Positions 7,717 through 16,886 of a stretch of 64,000 nucleotides of DNA are shown piece after piece. The stretch's first letter is position 1; the number at the start of each line of letters is the position of its first letter. The translations under genes were made by a program, and so were the position numbers. Under the pieces are notes generated by a model, which did no database searches, had not been told where the DNA came from, and worked only from the letters and a program-made list of their open reading frames with translations. This stretch comes from a virus, in IMG/VR virus record IMGVR_UViG_3300050343_000261; one strand, given 5' to 3'.

Positions 7717-9837
7717 TCATGCGATCTGTTCGATGAACGCTTTGGTGATGTACTTGTTTGATTTCTTGCCGCTGTGCATCTTACGGAATGCCCTGCTCAC
7801 ATCACTCTTCTTAGCACCATCATCAACCTCAAGATCCTCACTGTTCAACAGACTCTTGCAAGGAATGCCAAACCACCGATCAAATCCTGTTGTGCGGAAT
7901 GCTACACTACCGTGTTTCTTCAACTCCTGACGCATGTCATCATATGATTCATATGCTTCAGATCCATAGTTCCTATGGAGAGAAACTAAGTCATTTGGAG
8001 CAAATAATCTGAATGCCATGATATTACATCGTGGATTCTCCACTTTTATTGCTCTCAGAAGTGTGTTGGTGAGGAGACTACCCATCCCTTCCACATTGAA
8101 AGTATGGGATTTATGGCGAATGACAGTATTCCATCTAACTGCGGTGGCAGCGCGACGTTCAACATCATCATATCCCATTCTGGTTATATTCATTCCTGAC
8201 AAGTTACCCTCACCATCAGTCAAGAACACAACATTGCAGTTTTCAGTTTTAGTCTGACGCTGATACTGTTTAGCAATCTGACCCACACATACAATTGCTT
8301 CATTGATAGGAGTACCAGATAATCCATACCCAAATGGTACATGTATCCAGTAAGTGAATGATGATGCAGTCAACCACACATATTCTAGTTGTTTCTCAAA
8401 ATCATGTGTTTTCATGTTACTACTAATCAAGTTCACCATCCTGAACTCTTTACCAATATGAAGATCTTTCTCTCTCCACTCACAGTTTTGATGTTGTTCT
8501 GGGTTATCTTCACTCCTCCATGCTTCATTGGTAAAAGCATATACTTCAAAGGGAATACTTACCTTCTTACAGAACCACAACAGTTGGAACAACTGTTTTA
8601 TAGTGCTTAGCATCTGGTGTTGCATTGAACCTGACCAATCCAATACAAATATGAGAGAGTGATTCTTACCGTCAGTTGTTACTGATACCTTACGAAATAT
8701 ATCCTCACTATACTTGTAGGTGTGGAGTTTGCTAGTATCCAGCACACCAGTGCGAGCAGTTGATGTTCTTGCATATGCACTAGCACTCTTTTTCATTTCA
8801 AACTCTTTCACAAGAGAGTTGACACCCGCTCGTGCACTGGTTTTGAACTGTTTATAGAGTTCCTTACATTCTAATATACTATTTTTACAATTACGATTCT
8901 CATAAATGTCATCATCTGTGAAATTCATGCACCTTTCAAAGTGCTTCTCAAGGTCTTGTCTAACCTTACCAACAGGAATGATCACTTTATCCAAATATAC
9001 ATTGGGCAGTGTCATATATGTGGGTCTGGATGCATTGTCATTTGATAGATCTCTGAGTTTTTTATCATATGATTTCTGTGTTTTTGATTCTAATGGTTCA
9101 TCACTATCAACATCACCACCCTCATCATCAGAGTTATCATTCATATCATATGATGGTGTGTCTAAGTCTGACTGATCTTGACTCTGATCATTACTTTGAT
9201 CATCATCAGGATTACTATCCTTGTCACCATCCTCAGCACCACCACTCTGTTGACTACCATCAACTGGTGAAATTGATTCTGAATTGCTCTTCTTATCCAT
9301 CTGCCACACAATCAATGCTAGATCTAGCATCTGTTCATGGGTCTCACAATTAGTGATGTGAGTAACAACATCTGCCTCATCATCATTGAATTCAACATCC
9401 ATGAATGATCCAATCTTGAAATATATGTTGATACGATCAGCGAATGAATAGTAAGTGAGATCTTTATCTTTCACTTCAAAGAAGTCTATCTCGTGCATAC
9501 CATGGTAACCATGATAGAAATCACGTGAGACACCAGGATATCTCCTCTTCATCATTTTCTCAATGCGAATATCTTCGACAATATTCACATAAGAGGGTGG
9601 AATATCTCTATAACGTTCCTCTCTATTCCATCGACGCAATGGTGTGTAGAGTGCATGTCCTACTTCATGTGCCACCAGCATGGCATAGACTGACGTTGTC
9701 ACATTGTCCCACATGGGGAGGGTTAGAACTCTATCGTCAAGTCCGAATGATGCAGTCGCCACCTGACGATGCTCTACAGTCAGATTCTCAGTTGCAAGTA
9801 GACGGGCAAGCATGCCCTGAATCTCGTTGGTAGACAT
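7717..9837 (-). CDS. Zincin-like HExxH domain + acidic linker + VWA domain protein (CobT-like partner of CobS)
   Basis: AHEVGHALYT, NIVEDIRIE, D/Q/S-rich linker, MIDAS FVLDWSGSM, GTP, FLTDGEG. Confidence 0.88.
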   Translation of the reverse strand: MSTNEIQGMLARLLATENLTVEHRQVATASFGLDDRVLTLPMWDNVTTSVYAMLVAHEVGHALYTPLRRWNREERYRDIPPSYVNIVEDIRIEKMMKRRYPGVSRDFYHGYHGMHEIDFFEVKDKDLTYYSFADRINIYFKIGSFMDVEFNDDEADVVTHITNCETHEQMLDLALIVWQMDKKSNSESISPVDGSQQSGGAEDGDKDSNPDDDQSNDQSQDQSDLDTPSYDMNDNSDDEGGDVDSDEPLESKTQKSYDKKLRDLSNDNASRPTYMTLPNVYLDKVIIPVGKVRQDLEKHFERCMNFTDDDIYENRNCKNSILECKELYKQFKTSARAGVNSLVKEFEMKKSASAYARTSTARTGVLDTSKLHTYKYSEDIFRKVSVTTDGKNHSLIFVLDWSGSMQHQMLSTIKQLFQLLWFCKKVSIPFEVYAFTNEAWRSEDNPEQHQNCEWREKDLHIGKEFRMVNLISSNMKTHDFEKQLEYVWLTASSFTYWIHVPFGYGLSGTPINEAIVCVGQIAKQYQRQTKTENCNVVFLTDGEGNLSGMNITRMGYDDVERRAATAVRWNTVIRHKSHTFNVEGMGSLLTNTLLRAIKVENPRCNIMAFRLFAPNDLVSLHRNYGSEAYESYDDMRQELKKHGSVAFRTTGFDRWFGIPCKSLLNSEDLEVDDGAKKSDVSRAFRKMHSGKKSNKYITKAFIEQIA

Positions 9838-9858
9838 TGGTTGCTTTCAACTGAAGAT

Positions 9859-9917
9859 AGTATATGTTCAATCAACTCCCTTTCTTCCCATCTTGTACCG
9901 CTTCAGAGACTGGCACA
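9859..9917 (-). promoter_or_regulatory. Early promoter cassette copy 7 (variant): ..CAGAGA-CTGGCACA plus TATACT
   Basis: CTGGCACA at 9910-9917, -10 at 9859-9864; 45-nt spacing; directly upstream of the VWA gene. Confidence 0.6.
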
Positions 9918-10252
9918 CGTTTGGCAATTTGTTTGCTGATATTGGTATGAGGAACAGGACAGAAACTATAATTTACTTCCATGCCACGCAATGATGGATG
10001 CAGTTTAGACCCATCATGAGGAACAACAGGAGTTCCCTCAATCACTACCATATTTACATCACTCCTCGGTAGGCAGGTTGTGCCACTACCACGAGTGACA
10101 CACACAGTCATGCCGCCACGATAGAAGAAAGATACGATTCCATAGTGTTCGCCAAACTGCACCACATCACCAATAGACCACTCATTTTCCTCATATTGAG
10201 GGTGATCTTGATTGTTCCATTTTGGCATTGACAAGTTCTTCATTTTGACCAC
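9872..10252 (-). CDS. Hypothetical protein (SH3-like IGDVVQF..YGIV segment)
   Basis: 126-aa ORF; start uncertain. Confidence 0.6.
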   Translation of the reverse strand: MVKMKNLSMPKWNNQDHPQYEENEWSIGDVVQFGEHYGIVSFFYRGGMTVCVTRGSGTTCLPRSDVNMVVIEGTPVVPHDGSKLHPSLRGMEVNYSFCPVPHTNISKQIAKRVPVSEAVQDGKKGS

Positions 10253-10803
10253 CGATGCTTTCGATCATTTGCTCTCCACACTGCTGGATGCTTGGGTTTA
10301 TCAGACCATGAAAGATTCTGAGCATGTATTTCATCCTCGTAAGAATAATACTTGAATTCAATCCAATTATTCCACGGATCTTTGATAGTAGTTCGATGAC
10401 ACCTAACATTCTGACCATGCAAGTGTGCAACAGCAGAATCAATTCTCTTTGGGATGAGAAAATTGTATTTGCTATCTATTACATTGATTTCAGGGTGGTT
10501 CTTACAATGTTCAACCGCTTCAAAGTATTCATCACGATCCAAGAATACAGGACCATTGTGTCTAGGGAGTCTGCTATCTGGTTGATCAACAGATGTTGGT
10601 CCCTGAAGTACACTCACGTGATGCCCTGCAAAAGAGAATATAAATCCAGGATTGTGCGACCCATCTTCAACGTTGATCGCAAAACGCTGGCAGAATCTAC
10701 ATCCTAACACATCGCAATACCATCTGATCCCTTCTTCTATGTCAGGGATAGTGAATGCCATATGCCATATTGTTTTGGTGTGACTATCACCAAGAATGGA
10801 CAT
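10240..10803 (-). CDS. VOC / glyoxalase-bleomycin resistance-dioxygenase family protein
   Basis: HMAFTIPDIEEGIRWYCDVLGC, GHHVSV, DPWNNWIEFK. Confidence 0.8.
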   Translation of the reverse strand: MSILGDSHTKTIWHMAFTIPDIEEGIRWYCDVLGCRFCQRFAINVEDGSHNPGFIFSFAGHHVSVLQGPTSVDQPDSRLPRHNGPVFLDRDEYFEAVEHCKNHPEINVIDSKYNFLIPKRIDSAVAHLHGQNVRCHRTTIKDPWNNWIEFKYYSYEDEIHAQNLSWSDKPKHPAVWRANDRKHRWSK

Positions 10804-10847
10804 AGATAAAGAATCGATGCTACGATGTACTTAGTATATCAGATAAC

Positions 10848-11561
10848 ATGTATAACGGCAAGCGTGTGCTGTGTGTCATTCCAGCACGAATGTCATCAGG
10901 TAGATTCCCTGGTAAACCATTAGCACTCATCAATGGCACCCAGATGGTCCTGAGAGTGGCGGAAATAGCATCCAGGTCAGAATATATTGATCACGTTGTT
11001 ATCGCCACTGAAGACGAAGTGATCGTTGATCTAGCATATGAGCATGGATATGATGCAATGCTTACATCTAAACACTATACATGCACTCATCGTGTTGCAG
11101 AAATAGCAGTAACTCAACCACACGAATATGTCTTCAATCTACAGGGTGATGAACCACTCACTGATCCTAAATGGATAGACGAAATGATTGTATATGGTAT
11201 TGATAATGACTGTGATATGGTGCAGAGTTCACGAAGTCTTGAGGATGGTGAGTTACAAGACGAAGATGTTGTCAAGATGATAGAGAATAATGGTAAAGTT
11301 GTTCACATGCAACGCAAACCTGATGTGGTGTGTGACAATATCACTGTGCAACTGGGGTTATACTTTTATAGACGAAACGTTATTGTTGATTTCCCTAACT
11401 GTGATATGACATTTGTCAAGTATTGGAAAGGTCTGGACACAATTGGTTTTATTGGTAAATATAATGTCATACCATACGATCTAAAGTGTGGTAAGATACG
11501 AGCAGTTGACCGTGCATGGCACATTCAAGAGGTGGAATGGTTACTAACCCTACAGAACTGA
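10848..11561 (+). CDS. kdsB: KdsB-like CMP-Kdo synthetase / acylneuraminate cytidylyltransferase
   Basis: IPARMSSGRFPGKPL, VIATED, NLQGDEP, EDVVK, QLGLYFY, AVDR. Confidence 0.88.
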   Translation: MYNGKRVLCVIPARMSSGRFPGKPLALINGTQMVLRVAEIASRSEYIDHVVIATEDEVIVDLAYEHGYDAMLTSKHYTCTHRVAEIAVTQPHEYVFNLQGDEPLTDPKWIDEMIVYGIDNDCDMVQSSRSLEDGELQDEDVVKMIENNGKVVHMQRKPDVVCDNITVQLGLYFYRRNVIVDFPNCDMTFVKYWKGLDTIGFIGKYNVIPYDLKCGKIRAVDRAWHIQEVEWLLTLQN

Positions 11562-12412
11562 AACAAGCATCTGACATGCTTAGAGATGCCACTCGTGTGG
11601 CATTGATGGGGACAGGTGGTAACCTTGCCATCGCACAACATATGGCAAGTGACATTTACCGTCACATGGGTAAGTTTTGTTTTGCTCCTGATAGTGTCAA
11701 TCAGACTGCACTGGGTGGTGATGGTGACTGGAAGGCACCATGGGTAGATTATGCTATTGGAGCAGCAGATCTTATCATTCTTATTACTTGCAGGATAGAA
11801 TCACCTGCGGTATATGCTGTTGAAAAGTGGCGTGAGCATGCAAATGTGCTTATCATTGCACCAGAGAAGCATGAACATATTCCTACATTGGTGATTGATT
11901 CAACTTTATATCATGAATTTGAATGTAAATCACTGATGGCAATCTATAACATGATAGAAGAATGTGGTGTTGAGTTACCAGAACTGCCACGTCATGCACC
12001 TACAAAGGATGTTACTTCACGATGTGATGTATATTGCTTTGATATTGATGGCACACTAACTCAACCACATGATAGTGATCCATGGAATGCTGTGCCACGC
12101 ATGAATCGCATTGAAAAAGTCAATGAGTTATATGATGATGGTTGTACGATACATCTACAGACAGCACGTGGATACGTCTCAAGTGCAAAGAAATATCCTA
12201 ATGACCCACAAGCACAACAACGCAATGCAGACTATTTGTGTCGTGGTAGGACTGAGAAACAGTTAGAAGAATGGGGTGTCAAGTATCATTCATTATACTT
12301 TGGCAAACCACGTGCATCAACATATATTGATGATCGTGGATGGAATGATAGTGAGTTCTTTGCTCTCTTAGATCAACCTACAAAATATCCGCCATTCTGG
12401 CACCCTGTGTAG
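11537..12412 (+). CDS. SIS (GmhA-like phosphosugar isomerase) domain fused to HAD capsule-biosynthesis-type phosphatase
   Basis: MGTGGNLAIAQHMASD (GmhA-like); CFDIDGTL, TARG, FGKP, YIDDR (HAD motifs I-IV); GAGGTGG SD before the ATG at 11537. Confidence 0.8.
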   Translation: MVTNPTELKQASDMLRDATRVALMGTGGNLAIAQHMASDIYRHMGKFCFAPDSVNQTALGGDGDWKAPWVDYAIGAADLIILITCRIESPAVYAVEKWREHANVLIIAPEKHEHIPTLVIDSTLYHEFECKSLMAIYNMIEECGVELPELPRHAPTKDVTSRCDVYCFDIDGTLTQPHDSDPWNAVPRMNRIEKVNELYDDGCTIHLQTARGYVSSAKKYPNDPQAQQRNADYLCRGRTEKQLEEWGVKYHSLYFGKPRASTYIDDRGWNDSEFFALLDQPTKYPPFWHPV

Positions 12413-13389
12413 TGAGTTCTGCGTCAACTCGCTGCTTAGAACACCACTCATAACCCTTATGGTATGATTCATGATGCCTGTACTCTTGCAGGGGATGAAT
12501 CATACCATTTTTTATTAGGTCATCATATAATACTTTGGGTGACTTGAGTGCATCAAGTCCTAGCATATTATTGGTAAACCACACACGATCATGGAAGTCA
12601 ATATTATTCCAATCCTCACACCAATGGAAGAATTCTTTTTGTTTGTCTGTGAGATAATCATATCCCCACTTGAGATGCATCAATACTCTCTCAGGTGGAC
12701 GATCCATCTCATCCCTAGTCTTGGTTCTATATTTTGTGATGTCATCATATAAGTGGATTGACTTACCTAAGTAAGAAGCATAAAATAGATCAGTCCCAGG
12801 CCATGGGATATAAACATGATCATGTTTCTGAAATAATAATGATAACTTGATCTGTCGTGACTCACGATCAGTCAGTGACACAATCTGATGATCATCAGGT
12901 AATTTTAGTTTTGTCCAGTGCTTCCACTTATCACAGTCTCTAAATGGTACTAAGAATGTGACCGGTGTAGGTGCTGAATCAATAGCATCCTGCACTGTCT
13001 TATATTCATCCACACGAATAGTGACCTGATCATCACGTGGTAAGAAGAATAATGATCCTTTAGGTTCCACATATCTCTGCGTGTGGACTCTACCTAACTC
13101 CCATACAAATGGGCAAGTCCCATAATAACTATGGACAGTAGAAAACTTACTCTTTGTTATCTTTTCATGGTGAAATCTAGACCATGAATAGAATAGTCTA
13201 CTATCAAATACATCAGGTTTAGTATACAATAAGTCTGGACGCCCTAATGCCTCTCGACACACACCAGGAGAAATTCCAAACATAAAAAAGGCATCTTGGT
13301 GAAAACCAAGATACCTCATCATAGTATGATGCCATTTGTCGGATTGTTGTGCTATGACGCCAACCTCACGCCATGCCACCGCCCCATTG
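12378..13389 (-). CDS. Hypothetical protein, possibly glycosyltransferase/capsule-polysaccharide-like
   Basis: Long ORF convergent on the sugar genes; C-terminal VYIPWPGTDLFYASYLGKSIHLY loosely resembles a GT-B donor-binding segment; start approximate. Confidence 0.45.
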
Positions 13390-13764
13390 GCGGTTGACTC
13401 CATCATCAGTGCGGCGATAGTAACCGACGTGCTCGGTTTTCTCAAGTAGAATACTATCTACTTCATCATCACTCAGAAGACCTTTCTCCAACAACAGTTG
13501 AACTAGACCTTCAGTAGAGACTTCAATAGAGTCCTCATAATAAGGTGTCCACTTCTCGGTGGATTCTGCATCGGCAATGGTGCCAAACTCACCAGCCAAT
13601 GCACGCGAATAAAGAGTGCGGGAGTGTTCTACCACATCGGTAGGAGACGTGGTATATGGCAACCACGCCTCGTCGAATTCAACAAAATCGACTTCCATGT
13701 CGATCATGTTGTGCTCTTCATTTGCCCACTTAGGGTTTTTGACAGCGTTTACTGTGAATGACAT
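13366..13764 (-). CDS. Tail-fibre assembly chaperone-like protein
   Basis: VKNPKWAN..IDMEV.F...LPYT.SP.D...R.LY..ALAGEFG.IA pattern typical of Tfa-like proteins; directly downstream of a fibre-tip gene. Confidence 0.65.
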   Translation of the reverse strand: MSFTVNAVKNPKWANEEHNMIDMEVDFVEFDEAWLPYTTSPTDVVEHSRTLYSRALAGEFGTIADAESTEKWTPYYEDSIEVSTEGLVQLLLEKGLLSDDEVDSILLEKTEHVGYYRRTDDGVNRQWGGGMA

Positions 13765-13785
13765 TTTCTCTTATTCTTTGGTTGA

Positions 13786-14598
13786 TCAGGAATAACGCAA
13801 CCAAAGGGTTGCAGAATAAGCAACCGTGGTGTTCACGGTCACGGAGTTGACAGTAACGTTTACAGATGCTGTGCCGTTGATTGTCAAGTTGTCGGTTGGA
13901 ATGTTACCAGCAACACTCAGGTTCTCGGTAGAAACGTTACCAGAAATGGTAGTGTTATCTCCACCCACATCGACAGAACCACCAACAGCCAAGTTGTCGG
14001 TTGGAACACCGGAGTTCACGTTGAACGATCCGCCTTTACCGCCTTGAATGTTACCAGACACGTTGACGTTGGTGTTACCGTCAATGTTGCCACCACTCAA
14101 GTTACCACTCAAGTTGCCATCAAGGTTACCACCAGACAAGGAAGTGTTACCTTGAACGTTACCACCAGACAGTGCTAGGTTGCCATCAGCGTTAGCGGAA
14201 ACGTTACCGGATCCTGAACCTGAACCAGTACCTGAACCGGAGTTTACCAGTGCTGCACCTGAATCATATCCCATGCAGCGCCAGTTGCCTGACGGAGCAT
14301 CGTTACTTTTACGTCCCGTGGCATCAGAGTAGCGGAGGGTTGATCCCGCTACAGTTGAACCAGGGTTTGTTGCGCTGTTTTCTGTGCCAGATTGCTGCAG
14401 AAAAGCGTATGTACCTACATCACCGACAGATGCATTTGCGTTGACCGATGCGTCCAGAGTAATTGCAGCAGTGTTGATTGCACTGATACGCTTATCTGAA
14501 TCGACAGTAATAACTGGAATGGCACTAGCCGAACCATAATTACCGGCACTAACGTCTGTGGTTTGGTTTACGTTTGAACCAGTACCGTATAGAGCCAT
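13786..14598 (-). CDS. Tail fibre tip / adhesin-like protein with G/N/S-rich insertion
   Basis: VGTYAFL..GSTVAGSTLRY..GNWRCMG..ATLWLRYS fibre-tip signature; late promoter upstream. Confidence 0.7.
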   Translation of the reverse strand: MALYGTGSNVNQTTDVSAGNYGSASAIPVITVDSDKRISAINTAAITLDASVNANASVGDVGTYAFLQQSGTENSATNPGSTVAGSTLRYSDATGRKSNDAPSGNWRCMGYDSGAALVNSGSGTGSGSGSGNVSANADGNLALSGGNVQGNTSLSGGNLDGNLSGNLSGGNIDGNTNVNVSGNIQGGKGGSFNVNSGVPTDNLAVGGSVDVGGDNTTISGNVSTENLSVAGNIPTDNLTINGTASVNVTVNSVTVNTTVAYSATLWLRYS

Positions 14599-14622
14599 TG
14601 AATTTGTGTCTCCTTCGTAGTG

Positions 14623-14630
14623 TATTTATA
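14623..14630 (-). promoter_or_regulatory. T4-type late promoter TATAAATA
   Basis: Exact consensus 24 nt upstream of the 13786..14598 start. Confidence 0.75.
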
Positions 14631-14639
14631 GAATAGTGA

Positions 14640-16034
14640 TCAGACTTCTTCCATCATGAAGCGGTATTTCTTACCACTACGACGGTTGGTGATGTAAAGA
14701 TCATTTTCACCCTCTTCGATGAGGTATGAACCCCAGGTTGCATCAATTGAATTGACGCCCTTTGCCTCGTTGCTGAGGTCAAGGTCACTGGTGTATACGT
14801 TAGCAAAACGTGTTCCCGTTGCACCAATGTCAAGGGTACCGTTAGCATCAGGTAAAATGTTACCCGAAACAGTCAGAGAACTCAGTGTTCCAACTGATGT
14901 TAGGGAAGAAGCAACAACACCTGAACCAAGTGTGGTAGCATTCAGGACGCTGGTATCAGCGATTTGGAATGCTTTTCCAGACACAAGGTTGAAATGCTCA
15001 CTGGATTCCCAATGATCATTATCATTATACCACAAGAGAGTGTGGTCTGATGCACCTTTCAGAACAATACCACCAGCATCTGCTGTGGTGTCTGAAGGTG
15101 AAGCAACAGATCCCAGTTCAAATGTTTTGTCATCTACGGAAATTACCGTGCTGTTGATGGTAGTTGTGGTACCATTTACAGTGAGGTCGCCCGTGATGGT
15201 GAGACCAGCACCAACCACAACTCCACCACTCAGGGTGATGTCATCCATGGTCGCACGACCAGTGATGTCAGGGGTTGCAATAGTTGGTGAAGTACCAAAC
15301 ACAAGAGCACCACTGCCAGTCTCGTCAGTTACGGCGGCGGCAAAGTTGCTGCTTGAGGGTGTTGCTAAGAAGGTGGCAACGTTAGAAGCAAGACCAGAAA
15401 CTCCAGTAGAAATAGGAAGACTGGTTGCATCACTTAGGTCAAATGCTGGTGTAGCATCTGTGCCACCAAGATCCAAACTAATACCACCGAAAGAAACGCT
15501 ATCGTTGGCGAGTTTAGAATTTGCAATACTACCTGCTAACTGTGTGTTAGTGATAGTACCGGAGAGACTTGAAGTTGGATAGTTAGTCGCGTCAGCAAGG
15601 TCAAATGCTGGTGTAGAATCTGCAGCACCGAGTGCTACACTTACACCACCAAAAGAAACGCTGCTATTTTGTAGTTCGGTATTTGCAAGACCGCTACTAA
15701 GCGTAACTGTTCCGGAAATTGTTACATCATCTAAATTAGATGTTCCATCAACATATAGGTTGCGCCACTGTTGAGTCGCAGAACCGAGATCATAAGTATC
15801 ATCCGTATTAGGAATGATGTGAGAATTCACATCTGCTCCAAATACAACATTATCAGATGCAGCATCCCCGAGAGTCAGGGTGCCTCCATTGAATGTGGTT
15901 GTGCCAGTAACCGCTAAGTTACTGTACATAAACACGTCTGCTGCGAAAGTGGAGACGCCAACGTGGGAAGACAGACCAGCAACGACTTGCTGATTCAGTC
16001 CACCAACCTTAGCTAGTTCCCTGGCTCTTGACAT
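14640..16034 (-). CDS. Tail fibre protein
   Basis: MSRARELA N-terminus; internal repeat (SVSFGG.S..LG..D.TPAFDL.DAT x2); C-terminal DLG...RFANVYT.D..EGENDL..N..GKKY domain. Confidence 0.8.
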   Translation of the reverse strand: MSRARELAKVGGLNQQVVAGLSSHVGVSTFAADVFMYSNLAVTGTTTFNGGTLTLGDAASDNVVFGADVNSHIIPNTDDTYDLGSATQQWRNLYVDGTSNLDDVTISGTVTLSSGLANTELQNSSVSFGGVSVALGAADSTPAFDLADATNYPTSSLSGTITNTQLAGSIANSKLANDSVSFGGISLDLGGTDATPAFDLSDATSLPISTGVSGLASNVATFLATPSSSNFAAAVTDETGSGALVFGTSPTIATPDITGRATMDDITLSGGVVVGAGLTITGDLTVNGTTTTINSTVISVDDKTFELGSVASPSDTTADAGGIVLKGASDHTLLWYNDNDHWESSEHFNLVSGKAFQIADTSVLNATTLGSGVVASSLTSVGTLSSLTVSGNILPDANGTLDIGATGTRFANVYTSDLDLSNEAKGVNSIDATWGSYLIEEGENDLYITNRRSGKKYRFMMEEV

Positions 16035-16066
16035 GGCGTATTATTAGTACAGGTTAGGTGCTGGTA

Positions 16067-16885
16067 TTATTTAGTTACTCTGACCCTGAACGCGATACGT
16101 TGAGTCATTTCATCGGCATCAGAACTTGGAGGATTTACTTTATGAATATCATCGTGATGATAAACTATGACACGTCCCTGCCGATTACCTATTATATTAG
16201 TTGGCCATCCTATATCATATTTGCCTTTAGGGTGACGACCACCAGTATAATCGTCTCCATAAAATACAATTTCACCACCCCATGTGGGGTTCCACTTTCT
16301 ATTTACCACATATAAAACTGTATAGTAATCTCCATACCACCCAAAGTTAGTGTCTTTATGGATCTCTTTATACTGTTTCTTTACTTTTACTAACCCAATT
16401 GGTTCAGATGCTCTAGCACTAAAGTATGTGGTCCAACGATCTTTATCTCTCGGAACACCATACTTCTCATAGAAATCAGTTTGATCTTTGAAGAACTGGT
16501 TACCAACTCTCAACCCATCAACCTTATCTCCAATACCCTCCAAGTCTGCTTTACCTTGAAACAATTTGTCATTGATTGTACACCACAATGACCATATCAA
16601 TGGATTACGTTCTTCCAATGACTCAGTATTCCATCCCAGAGGGTGTCTGTATGATGAGAACTGCAAGAGTTGCATCAGTCCATGGAGTGCTGCCTCTTGA
16701 GATAATATGTGACGATGAACAGCGTTGCCATCCTGTGATGGAATATATTCATTCAACTTCCTAGTACAGCGGTCGGTCTCCATATCGAGACCATACCACT
16801 TATGATACCAGGAAATACTTTGACAATAAGTATAAATCTCGTCTGATACTTCACTATCAATTAGATCATCATAAAATTGAACCAT
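16067..16885 (-). CDS. 2OG-Fe(II) oxygenase (prolyl-4-hydroxylase-like)
   Basis: HKD, WGGEIVFY, IHKV, RIAF facial-triad/2OG motifs. Confidence 0.8.
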   Translation of the reverse strand: MVQFYDDLIDSEVSDEIYTYCQSISWYHKWYGLDMETDRCTRKLNEYIPSQDGNAVHRHILSQEAALHGLMQLLQFSSYRHPLGWNTESLEERNPLIWSLWCTINDKLFQGKADLEGIGDKVDGLRVGNQFFKDQTDFYEKYGVPRDKDRWTTYFSARASEPIGLVKVKKQYKEIHKDTNFGWYGDYYTVLYVVNRKWNPTWGGEIVFYGDDYTGGRHPKGKYDIGWPTNIIGNRQGRVIVYHHDDIHKVNPPSSDADEMTQRIAFRVRVTK

Positions 16886-16886
16886 A

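Noticed and set aside
7700-7719. GGCAGTT-N4-AACTGTC inverted repeat upstream of cobS as a cassette copy
   Set aside because: It is at about the right distance from a TACAAT, but the sequence differs from the TGTGCCAC palindrome; possibly a second motif class, with insufficient copies here to support it
6545-7720. Cobalamin biosynthesis AMG
   Set aside because: No cobN or other cob genes in the window; the partner has HExxH and VWA, so a MoxR-type role is more parsimonious
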